Source: Amoebophrya sp. A120 (lineage: Eukaryota > Protista > Dinoflagellata). Taken from it: a stretch of DNA of 64,000 nt. The stretch is taken from the NCBI GenBank assembly GCA_905178155.1, contig CAJINV010000012.1, forward strand, positions 1,114,609 to 1,178,608, given 5' to 3'. The notes beneath the pieces were generated by a model. It had not been told where the DNA came from. It did no database searches and saw nothing but the letters and a program-made list of their open reading frames with translations. The position numbers and the translations under genes were made by a program. Positions 25,122-36,079 of this stretch are shown piece after piece (the first letter of the stretch is position 1; each line of letters opens with the position of its first letter).

Positions 25122-26799
25122 GGTGGGTGGAGGAGAGGGAGGACGCGCGGCACTACTGCTACTGCTACTTTTACTGCCTACTGCTGCTGAGGTTGCTTCT
25201 CCCGGGGGCGCCGGAGGATGAGGACGGAGCGCCGACGCCCTGACACTATCTGACTCATTACTGCCGGATCTATCTGCAGCTGGCGGTACGGAGAGGTGGT
25301 GGGAGCTGCTACTGCTGCTTGACATACCGGCCTGCGGCAGGGAGGACAGGAGAAGGGAACTACTACTGCTACTGCTGCTTACCTGTGGCGCAGGTGGACG
25401 TTTGCTACTGCTACTGCTGCTGGGGGCGCTTTCGCCAACTGCGACATCATTCCGCGGCGGGGTGGGGAGGGATACAGCGTTACTACTGTTGCTGCTGCTA
25501 CTGCTGCACAGCGGCGCCGGCGTGGGAGGAAGAGGGCCGGCGGCTGCAACAAGTCCTACGGCCGGCCGGAAGCTCGGGATGTTGTCACTGCTGAGGTGGA
25601 GGCTCCATAGCTGCTGCGCCGCGCCCTTGAAGAACACCATCAACGCGTCCACCAGCATGTAGTCGATGGGAGGGGCGAGGCCGGTAGTGTGGAAGAGGAC
25701 GGCATTGCTAGTATTCTTCGGGAGGTCGAGGCGTTGTTTGATTTTACTACTGAAGGCCGCGCTGATCTCTTTCTTGGCCGCCAGCGTGAAGAAGGGAAAA
25801 GTCACCACCGAAATGGAGGTGACTGCAGGATAGGCGAAGGCGTTCATCAACATTATAAGCTGCTTGACTCCCCACCCCGTACAAAAGACTTTTGTTTGTG
25901 TTCACCAGGAGCCTTCCTTCGATCAACATGAAAACGACGACATGCGAGGAAAGGGACAAGGGGAAGGGGCCGCTATGTGGCAGGCCATACAGCTACGTAC
26001 AGGCGCACCGGCCGGGAAGGCCTCGCGGCCCGCCAGGAAGCCGCCGGTTTGTCCTCAGACACGGTGGGGCGCTCCATTTTCTCCGGTTGGGGGCCCCTCC
26101 CAACCGGAAAAAATCGAGCATCCCACCGTGTCTGAGGACGGGCCGGCGGCTTCCCGACGGGCCGTCGAGGCCTTCCCGTGGCGCCTGTTGCTGTTCTTTT
26201 TTCGCCCTTCCCTTCGCATTTTCTGTGGCCTTCAGGTCGGTTCATTCCCCCGCCCCTCTTCCGACCTGACTCAACATCTCGCGACCTTGGGGCAGACAAG
26301 GGCGGAGGAGTCCTCGTTTGGCCCTCTACTAGCTTTACCCCACACAGAGGGCCGCAATGCTTGGTCCGACATTCGCACGACTTCCCCTCGGCACCGCTAC
26401 GGAGCCTGCGCGTCTGTCAAAAAGCGGCGCGTCTGCTTTGAGGGTGCTTGTCGCAAAATAGTCCTCGCGATAGTCGCTAAGCAGCACGCCGGTGGCCGGA
26501 CAGCCCAGAAGGCATGCGCGCACAGCCGCGCATAGAAATTCGCGCTGCTCCCGCTGGTGCCACCGAAGGCCGCCAATTGGCACACGGAACGAGGGCGCGC
26601 GCGTCAGGGTAGAAGGGGCACAACCTGAAAAGGCCGGGGCGCTCTTGGGCCGCCCTTTCGTGCTTTTCTGCCCCGTTAGTTGCCGTTTTGTTTTCATTTG
26701 GTCGGCGTTTAGGAGCCTTTTTCTTTGCTAGGCCGATTTGTTCCTAAGCCTTCCTTCGATCAACATGAAACCGACGACATGCGAGGAAACTGAACCTTC
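25122..26799 (+). repeat. 1.68-kb near-identical direct duplication, copy 2
   Basis: Matches 21974-23651. Confidence 0.95.
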
Positions 26800-27159
26800 G
26801 TGCCGCTCTTGCGGCAGGCAGGGGTCTCGAAAGATAAAATATTAAGTTTTCTCTGTTGATATCAATTGATATCAAATGATATCAAAAGATATCACAGAGA
26901 AAGTTGAAAGCAAAACAGAGAAAAGTGTAAACAAGAAACAGAAACATAAACAGAATGAGAAGAAACAAAAACAAACATAAGCAAAAACATAAAGGATACA
27001 CATATAAAAACAAACAGAAATGGCTGCTTGCGCATCACAAACTGCCACTTCTGCACAGAAATACCTGTCGCGGCCTCTGAGTTTTCTCTGTGGCGAGAGG
27101 AGTTTTCTCTGTGATACAGAGAAAACTTCCCTCCCACAGAGAAAAGTCGACCTTTGCCG

Positions 27160-27650
27160 AGGGCCGGCATTTCTACTGGAAATCAGAGTAGAAACGCCAG
27201 GAGGTCTGGAATTCCTACCGAAAATCCAAGAAGAAGTGCCAGCCTGGCGGAAATCCAGGTAGAAAAAATGCCAGGAGGCCCCCCCCTGGCATTCCTACCG
27301 AAAGTCCAGGTAGGTAGAAACGCCAGGAGGGCTGGCAATTCTACTGGAAATCAAGCTAGAAGCGCAAGCGCCATGGCATTCGTGCCAGAGATCGAAGATC
27401 CCTACAGGAAATTTAAGTAGAAATGCCAGCAGGCCTGGCATTCCTACAGGAAATCGAAGCAGAAATACCAGGAGGTCTGGCATTCCTACAGGGAATCCAG
27501 GCAGAAATACCACCTCAGCCGGCATTTCTACTGGGAATCAAGGCAGAAATGCAAGGCCCAGCATTTCTACTGAGAGAGAATCAAGGTAGGCAGAAAGGCC
27601 CGAGCCGGCATCCTCGCCCGGAATCCAGGTAGAAATGCCTCGGCCGGCAT
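27160..27650. repeat. Degenerate ~30-40-bp minisatellite, followed by a GC hairpin
   Basis: Repeated AGAAATGCCAGGAGGTCTGGCATTCCTACAGGAAATC-like units. Hairpin TCGCGCGCGC-A-GCGCGCGCGA at 27664-27684. Confidence 0.8.
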
Positions 27651-29686
27651 TAGGGTACCCGCATCGCGCGCGCAGCGCGCGCGAAGAATTATTTCGCATG
27701 GCCTTCCTTCGATCAACATGAAAACGACGCTCTTTTCACCGCTTCGATTTTCTTCGGGGACTACGCGGCCGACATGTCCTCAGGGGATGGGCAGTCGATG
27801 ACGCTGTCTTGGCACGAGCTGGACAAGGGGGGCATGCGGGAATTCCTGAATTTTGATTGGGGAAACCAGCCGTGGAGCGATGCCGTCCTTGTATGGAACG
27901 ATGTTCCAAGTGTTTTGGTTTATTGCAATCAGGCACACTAGCCCAGTAGTGCTTGTCGCAATGACGATTTCAATTTTGTAGCAGAAGCCCTGCTATAAGC
28001 AAACGCGGAGAGAGCTGGTACTGGTAATGAGTCTCATCCAAACATGTTTTCATTCACACAAGAACTCGTAATTTTTGTGCCAGCCGTCTGTTGTGCACGC
28101 GACTGTTGATGACGGTCACTGACACTGTTCCCAAATTGAAGGGTAGTTGCCTTGTTTGCCGCATGCGTTTTGCCAAAACTCCCTTTGCCCTGGTTGATAA
28201 AGGGAAAAGGGCTTGATGTCGCCTGGCACGCCCGCCGTCGGACACACGGGTGTCGTCCAACTCCTGAGCAAAATCGGCAGCGGGCGAATCATCTTCTCGC
28301 ATTTCTTTTTTTGTGTCACGTACTTATACTCATGATCCTATTCCTAATCCTTCCTCTCTAATTTCGCTTTTGTTGTACCAGTTCGAATTTTGCACACGCA
28401 CGCGCGGGTCTGCATGCAGTAATTACTTGCTGACCCGACCGCCGAGCAATTTCTATTTCTACAAGTTGCAGACTCGGTCACAGCTTACTTTGTAAACTGA
28501 CACTCACTCACAGTAACCGACGCTATTATATATGGGATCGTTTCAACGCTTAAAATAAAAAAAATTAATTTTTTGCAATTCAAGGGGTTATATAAAATGA
28601 AAATCATCAGAAGGTGATGCGGGAACTGCCGCCGTCGCGGGCCTCCCAGGTGAACATCTCCGGCTTGTGTTTTGTTCATGGTAATGAAATTTCTAGACAC
28701 GTCCCAACTTAAGCTAGTTGAAATGATATGGAAGCTGGAGTCTGTCATCGCGGCAGTAGCAGTTCTAATACCAAGCGCCTTGGTATGGAGAACGTCGCCA
28801 GGGCGATCCGGGCCAGCGGGGAAACTGAACCTTCGTCGTCATGGTGACCTTCGATCAACATGAAAGCGACGACATGCGAGGAAACTGAACCTTCGTGCCG
28901 CTCTTGCGGCGATACATCACCATGACATAAAAAACAACCGTGAAAAATCACGAATCCATTCGAGCAAACAAAAGGAGCCCCTTGCTTTTTCAAGCAAAGG
29001 TGGAACCATGCTGCTACAAGTGCAATAGATTCATGAATTTCTAGATTGAATTATATTGAAACTGAAACCATATTGAAGTAACGAAAAATCATGTTGATGT
29101 AAATGAGCATACTGTGAAGTGAAGCAGCTTGAAACATTCCTCTGTGAATTTTCTGTATCTGTTCGCACAATCAAGCTGCAACATTCTTGAAGCCATCATG
29201 TGCCCAAAAAAAATTGTAAATAGTATATTGACTTGTTTAAGAAACAACTATGCTGGAAATGGACCAGATTTTGATTTTGTGGCTCGTCTGACTGTGCATT
29301 TTTTCTTACCTTGTGCATGTAAAAACTCGGAGGATGGCACATTCCATATCCAATTCGAGTTGAATTGGAGATAATTGAGGTACTCGTTGCCGTACAACTT
29401 TATTTGCCTAGAATTGGACTTTTTTTGCGAGTAAGGAGGTGAGTCAGCATTATTTTCATTTTTCCTTCTGCAAGGTAGTTGACTTTCTTTCTAGCCCGGG
29501 GTCGTCGTGACAGACGTGTTGGAGATTTTTCATAGTTTAGGTTTACATGTGAAGAAGAAGTACTAAACGCGGAAAATTTTTAGATGGAAAGTAGACCTGA
29601 AAATCGTATTCATGGTGTACAACAACTCGTCGTGGTTGTGCTAACGAACAAGCGAGGAAAGAAATCCAGTGTACAATAGCTGTTTT

Positions 29687-32600
29687 TTACGCACTCGACG
29701 CCTGCAGGTACTTGTTCTCCTGTTCGGCAAAAGCTTCGCTGAGCTGCTGACTCCCCCCGAACAACCGCTTGAAGGCTCGGCGATCCAGCATGAGCAGTGT
29801 GGAGTCCTTGACCGCGGTCACCGTTGCAGCCCGCACCTGGTCCTTAAGCAGCGTCAGCTCGCCAAAGAAATCCCCCGCATGGTAGTCCAGCGCTTTGTCT
29901 GATTTTATTTTATATCGGGTGTTCATTTTATTTCTCATGCGAGCGATTCTGCATGAGGAACAACCAACATCCTGATCCTTGTCATGCATATCGCGCAAAT
30001 AATAAAACTTATACCTTCCATCCCCTCCTTCACGGCTTTGCACTGCCCGTCTTCCACGATGTAAAACTTGTCCCCGGTGTCCCCCTCCTGGATGATAACT
30101 TCCCCCTCCTTAAACGCCTCGGCCACCAGACCCTTATGCATTGCAAACATGTCTGAGTCTGGAAACTTGTCATGCTGGGTGGCGTAATATCATGAGGAGA
30201 CCACAAGTGCTGGCTCAACATGCCAAGTTTCTGAGCTGCTAGGTCGCGTTGCCTATTCTGCATGACAAAGACAAACTGCGTTTCTGCATGACAGAAAAGC
30301 GAGGCTCTACTTGGGTAACGTGCACGACAGATTCAAGAGTCATGCCAGACAAGCATGACAAACGTGCATTCTTCCAGAGCCAGACACTTTTGCATTTGAT
30401 AACCCTCGCAGATGTGCGATCGCTCGTAGGAGTCGACGGTCTTCAACAGCGGCACTTTGGCGAGGAACCCCTCGTATATGAATGTGCACCAATCCCCCTC
30501 CCTCTCGTTTGTCATGCAAGATGCCCAAAAATCCAGGCTGTGGTGTGCCTCTTGGCACTGTTTGCATGACAAGTTCTGGCAGCCCAAGTTAATAGCACTG
30601 CAAACCTCCTCTGCAAATCTGTCATGCAAAACCTGCATTCTCGCTGGCGCTTGTATTGCCGTTCATCATGCTACACAAATGAGGAGGAGGGGAAGTTGTG
30701 CACTGTCATATCGTAGCGCTCCCGCTTTTTCTGTGCGGACTCCTTCACGATGGCGTTGAACGATTTTCGGTCCAGCTTCCAGAGCACGCAGTCGGTCTTG
30801 GCGTCCACGTTTGCAGCCCGGACGGTGTTATACAAAACCGCCAACTCACCGAAAACGTCGCCTGAGAGGTGATAGATGAGGAAGCCGCGTTGGACAAAAA
30901 ATTCAAAATCTTAATCTCTATTGCGGTAATTCCATCAGAATTTGTCGTGCAAGAACAGCATGATAGATCTTCTTGATCACATGAAGTTTTGTACCTTCCT
31001 CCACCGTTTTCAGCAAAGTGTCCTTTCCGTTGATTTCCTTTCGGCACTCCAGTGCCCCAGATTCGATCACAAGTATGGATGTGGGAACGGTTCTTGCTGT
31101 GCTTCATGCGATTTTTGCTTTTTCTGCATCACAAACTTTCCTTCGGCGTGACAAATTTTGACTTTTGAAATTTAAATTTCATGTGCTATGCAGAAAATAA
31201 CGCATGAGAAAACCAGCATGTCCCTTGATGTATGGGAGTGTCAGGATCGAAATCGACAAAATCGAAATAATCTGTAATGCATAAAATGCTACGCAGAGAG
31301 CGACTCTATTGCAGAGGATGCAAGGAAGGCGGATTGTAGTCCTGGTAAGGGTTAAGTATTGGGCTGCTGACTAGCATGACAGAAGGCAGCTCTTTTGCCC
31401 TAAACCGCATGACAGATTCGCTTCCAGGACGAGGAGAATTTGTCATGCGCCGACTACAAACTGTGGGTCTAACTGGCATCGATTTTGTGCATCACAAGTT
31501 TTGCGATTTTGACAATTTCGATTCTGACACTTCCATATGATGTGCCGGAAACATAACGAACAGAAACTCGCCGATATCGCCTATGTTGATCATGTATGAA
31601 CTGCAAAAGTATCGTAGTCGTATAAATGCATGACAAATTTCCTAAGCATGAGAAATAGAATTTGTAATGCAGAACTGCCTTAAGGACAAGATTTGTAATG
31701 CATGATTACTTAGTACGATACGATACTTTTGCATTTCATATCATGCGCTCGCCCTCCTTTGCGTGCACCTCCTCCATAGCGCCAATAACCTAATTATAGG
31801 TTTTTACTGTTTTTCGCATGACAAATTTGCTGTGTCATGCCAGAAAGGATGAGGGAAAAACGATTTATATCTATACATCGACTTGTAATGCGGATCATGC
31901 AGCTGAAGTGGGATCTGTATTGCTGCTTTGCATCACAAAAAACGAGTTATAGCAATACCTGCTTCATCTCTTTGGCGTCCAGTGCTCGGAACATAAAGGA
32001 TTTTGACAAGGTCTCCTTTAGTCGGCTCTCCTGGTCCTCCGATTTGGGATAGACTGGTACTTCAAACGCTTCTTTCTTGTTCCACTCACCGTAGGCCTCC
32101 GCCGACACGGAACCACCTGATAGATCAAATTTTTCGAAAGTGTTGTTCTTGCAGTGGTTTGCACATGACAAATTACAGCATTCATGGTGGTTCCTGCATC
32201 ACAACGTCATGTGCTCCTGCGCATATCAATTTGTGATGCAGAAACTAGCTACATCAAAAAGCAAAGCACTTCTATACGCATCTTTGTGCTGGCTTTGTGG
32301 TTGAAGGCGGAATCGGACATGACGTCATCGTCGTTTATCCTGTGTAAAAACGTCCCCAGCCCGGAGTTGTATGTAATGCGAATCTGCATGCTTAAAAGGT
32401 TTCTCATGCTCGCGGAGCCCCACGACGAGAAGCATTTTCTAGCTGTGTTGTGGACTTTGTCATGCTCCGATCAGCATGATATACGAGGTCTGTGATGCTG
32501 CTGAGCTAGCTCAAGCAGCACTACAGTAGGCACGAGTCCAAATTTGTCATGCAAAACAGCCAAAACTTGTGCATTTGTCTAGCAGATTCCCCATTTTGAC

Positions 32601-32984
32601 TATGGGATGGGGACGTTTTTGCACAGGATATCGTTATCCTCCTCTTCTTCTTCGAGATCTGGATCCACAACCTTCTCAAACTCCTGTTTGCTGGCGGAGG
32701 GTATGGCAGGGGAAAACACAACTACTTGAGTTCCACAGACAAAGGAATTCCTGACTCGATGCTTCCACAGGCAACAACGGCTGCTGCAGCAGATTGGTAT
32801 AATTACCGCTACACTTCCTTGGCTCACTCTGATCCGAAATTCAAAATTGTCATGCGTTAGTGCATCAAGCACGATCATCACATCCTTTCTTTCTAGTAGA
32901 GTCATGCTGTTTTCCCCACACCATACCCTTCTGATCCGTGTCGCCAACCTGGTTGGCCATCTTGGATCCCGTGCACCCGCCCAT
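29687..32984 (-). CDS. PKAr: cAMP-dependent protein kinase regulatory subunit with predicted N-terminal dual acylation
   Basis: Start MGGCTGSK. Inhibitor site KMRGSVSAEAYGEWNKK. cNMP-binding domain A GDVFGELAVLYNTVRAANV and domain B GDFFGELTLLKDQVRAATV. Contains both GT-AG introns and introners. Confidence 0.92.
30135..30401. mobile_element. Introner family A
   Basis: TIRs, TSD ACCCT/ACCCT. Splits ICEG/LVAEAF. Confidence 0.92.
30477..30710. mobile_element. Introner family G
   Basis: TIR TATGA..GTGCAC, TSD TCGTA/TCGTA. Splits RERYE/GFL. Confidence 0.92.
31074..31555. mobile_element. Older TAT..ATA introner carrying a nested family F element
   Basis: Weak TIR, degenerate TSD ACAAG/ACGAA. Removal gives GEFLFVIESGAL. 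Confidence 0.7.
31231..31537. mobile_element. Introner family F nested in another introner
   Basis: TIRs, TSD TGATG/TGATG. Confidence 0.9.
31595..31740. mobile_element. Introner family C
   Basis: TIR TATGAA.TGCAAAAGTATCGTA, TSD TCATG/TCATG. Confidence 0.92.
32336..32630. mobile_element. Introner family D
   Basis: TIRs, TSD TCGTT/TCGTT. Confidence 0.92.
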
Positions 32985-34963
32985 GATGGTTGTAGAAGAG
33001 TACTTTTGAATGAAGATAAGAGATTCGAAGATGACAGGATTTTATCAAGAAAAATCTTGGCGCACTGCTATAATTCTCCAGCTTGAAGAAAATGTAGAGA
33101 GACAAGTTTTCACCCTAAGCCTTCTAGTATTCTTTAGTGTTCTTCCAACTTCTTCTTGTTGCTCCTCATTAAGTTGTAATAATATCCGCCTCGTCTTCTT
33201 GTCATTCTCTCGCCCTCCAAGGTGATAGGTAGGTTTTACTTTTATTTGTCCTCGCTTTTTCAAATATACACAGCATGTCGCTTCGCAGCTTTGATTCACA
33301 GGGAGTGTAATTACGGGCTGTCCAGACTAACTGTTATGCCACAGGTTTTGTGCCACATGGGTGTACTTATTGTGCCACATGAGTGATTTGGGTTTCCATC
33401 TGCACTTCAGGTAGACGAGAATGCTCATACTACAGTGGGCTACGTACTGGATTCAGAAGACAAGAAGCAAACAACAAAAGCAAATTTGCACGTAACAAAA
33501 AAACATCCGAAAAAAACAAAACCGAGACAAGACCGAGTGGGGACGTAGAGGACGCAGAAGTAGAATGTTGTAGACGTAAAGCGAAAACTTAGACACCCTT
33601 TGCAACATCGACGTGCTAATTTGTATGACTTGCACATGGACGGCCTTTTTTGTATGTACGGTGGCGAAAAAACATGGTTGTGTCTGTGTCTCGCTCCAGC
33701 CAGTCAATTTCAAAAAAAACGTCAAGCAGAAGATACAGGGACTCTCTCACATGGAACAAGTTTTTGGAGCCACAGTCAGATACGCATTGTGAAGTACCCA
33801 TCTCCTCGACTGTCGCGCGGAGAGCCACTCAGACAGCCATGTAGGTAGAGGCGCAAGAAGTGCAAGCACACGCGTGAAAGCGTCGCAAAAGCCAGACTGC
33901 TGCGTATCCATGTCGACACGCAACAAAAGATAGCACGCATGAATGCGACCCGGCCTGCTCCCGTGCCAGGAACAATCAAGTGCGCTCCACAAAGGCCATC
34001 GTACCAACACGCCTGCGCCACTGGGGCGGGCTCGTCGCGGGGCCGCGTCCATTCATAATTAAAAATGGTAGAGGCCGGCTGCCTCCGGCCCGGTGGCCGG
34101 CCGGGGGGCAACCAAAGGCGTGCGGCGCGGGCGGCTTCTGGGGCGCGGCGGGCAGACCTCGGGCTGTGGCGGGCCCGCCGCGCCGGCCAGGCGGGCGGCC
34201 CACCTCCCGCCCTCTTTCCGCTTGATAGAGCCGGGGTGGGCTGGGCGCCAAAGCAGGGGAATGAGGCGCGCGCCCCCGGCCTCGCTACGCATGTGCGCCG
34301 GGTAGTCCTGGAAGCGATCGGCCACGTTCGCGGCAAGGGAAAGAACTGTCGCTCCATGTCCTTTCTGGCGCGTCGGCCGGGCGCACTGCGCCGACGGCGG
34401 CTGGCCGCCCAAATATTGCGCGAAAACTTCCGCAGCGAAGCCCGCCTCTGCCGGTGCCAACGCACAGACTCGCCGGGCACTTCAGGCGGGTGCGTTGCGT
34501 CCCCCGCCGCGTTCTTTCAGCAGGAAACCAGCGGCGCCCTTCCTTCGCGCGGCCCAATGCGCCTGGGGACGAGACGCGGGGCAGAGGTCCCCAAAGCCGC
34601 GCAGCACAGGCGGGGCAGAAGCCCGCCGCCGTAACTGCCCCGCTGCGCCCAGAATAGCGGGGCCCTGCAGTGAAACTGTGACGGCGATAACGACATCAAT
34701 CACAGAGGATGGAAGGCAAATTTGGAAAGCGCTATTAAGTAGGTGTCCCTCAGGTAGAGCTCTCGCAAAAACGGCTCGCTCGCGAAAGTTACGCCTGGAT
34801 CTCTCTAAAAAGAGCAGGAATGGAGGCACTCAGACCGCCCGCATAGAACAACAGCTCGGCGCACTTCTTTGCAGGTGCAAGCCCACCACAAAAGCGACCA
34901 CATGACCATGCGCAATCGCTCTGTCCAAACTTCGCCGCCGACATCAATTATACACGAGCCTCG

Positions 34964-35257
34964 TCATAAACTCGCTCTCCTCCGTATCTGGTCTTTCCGT
35001 AGCACGTAAAGCTGCAGGACCAAATTCACAGCAGAGTCGACCAGCATGGCTAATGAGAGCCATTTCAGAAATGTGTCGTCCTCTATGTGTAGTGCTAGCA
35101 AGACAGCCCAGAAGACAAATAGCAGCGCTATCACTGTCCACTTGACAATGTGGATTTTTCTCTTCTGCTCACTTGTGAGATCCTCCCATTCGCCAGCCCC
35201 GACCCGTCCGGCGTAACACGCTTCGCAAGCGAAGAAGAGAAAAGCGGTGAGAACCAT
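34964..35257 (-). CDS. Possible small two-transmembrane protein or exon within a GC-rich island
   Basis: Two hydrophobic segments, IVKWTVIALLFVFWAVLLAL and WLSLAMLVDSAVNLVLQLYVL. Confidence 0.3.
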   Translation of the reverse strand: MVLTAFLFFACEACYAGRVGAGEWEDLTSEQKRKIHIVKWTVIALLFVFWAVLLALHIEDDTFLKWLSLAMLVDSAVNLVLQLYVLRKDQIRRRASL

Positions 35258-36079
35258 GATTCATGTTTCACCACTTCATGGTGGAGATGATGACGATCAC
35301 TCTTCTGCCTGGCACAGAGGTTAATGATCGCATCCGCGCACGGGTGTTGCAAAGTTGGGTGCGCTCATAGCTTCTTTGCTTTCTCAACCCGCACATGTGA
35401 ACACATGAACATTTGTTCTGTACCTTTAGCGCCTCGGCCGATATCCATGGATCCGTGCCTTCTCACGTAACTTGATGGAAACAACAAAGGGCGGGGCGGC
35501 AATCCGCATACACAATGCTTCGCAGCCGGCAGAAAAGAGGCGTCAATGAATGATCTATCAGTCACTCTAGGTGGTCCGGCCGGCGCGCACGTCGATGAGG
35601 CTGGGCGGGCCCGAAGTCCCTCGCCCGGATGCAAGACCCCGGCCCCCGCGGAGCCTTGTGCCCTGATGCCTAGGCTCAGCCAGAACACTCGGCCCGGGCG
35701 GCCGCGGCGGCGGGCCCGGCCGACCAAGAGGGCCAGCGGCGGCAACCGAAAGTAAGAGCCCGGCGAGCCCGCCCGCCGGGCAACATTACCGCGGGGGAAT
35801 CCGTGGCGCACAGAGTCCGGGGGCGCTCGGGGGCGCCCGGCGAAGGGCCCACAGGAAGCCCACGGGGCCCAAGACGGGCGGCACCTTGCAGCCGCGCGCG
35901 CGCGCACCGCCTTGCCGCGGCGCTCTCTCTTCGCGCTTCTTTTTTTTACCATTCTGCCGGGCGTCCGGCGAGGTAAAAACCCAGCCACACGCCGTCCACA
36001 GGAGCAGCGTAGCCAAAGGGCCCACGCCGTCCCTTGGGGCCCCGAGCCTGGGCTTGTCGCTACTTCCTTCACCGCGTCG

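Larger units (their letters stand above)
21155..28910. other. Mosaic array of heterogeneous fragments delimited by 8 copies of one motif
   Basis: Core CCTTCGATCAACATGAAAACGACGACATGCGAGGAAA (variably trimmed) at 21155-21208, 22731-22804, 23599-23651, 24957-25012, 25879-25952, 26747-26815, 27701-27729 and 28848-28910. Confidence 0.9.

Noticed and set aside
21155-28910. CRISPR array
   Set aside because: The spacers are 0.8-1.5 kb and the repeats vary in length. There are no cas genes and the context is eukaryotic.
21155-28910. Array motif as spliced leader, snRNA or hammerhead ribozyme
   Set aside because: It does not match the dinoflagellate SL (CCGTAGCCATTTTGGCTCAAG) or snRNA cores, and has no CTGANGA box. 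Only a short ACAGAGAA is seen, in the flank.
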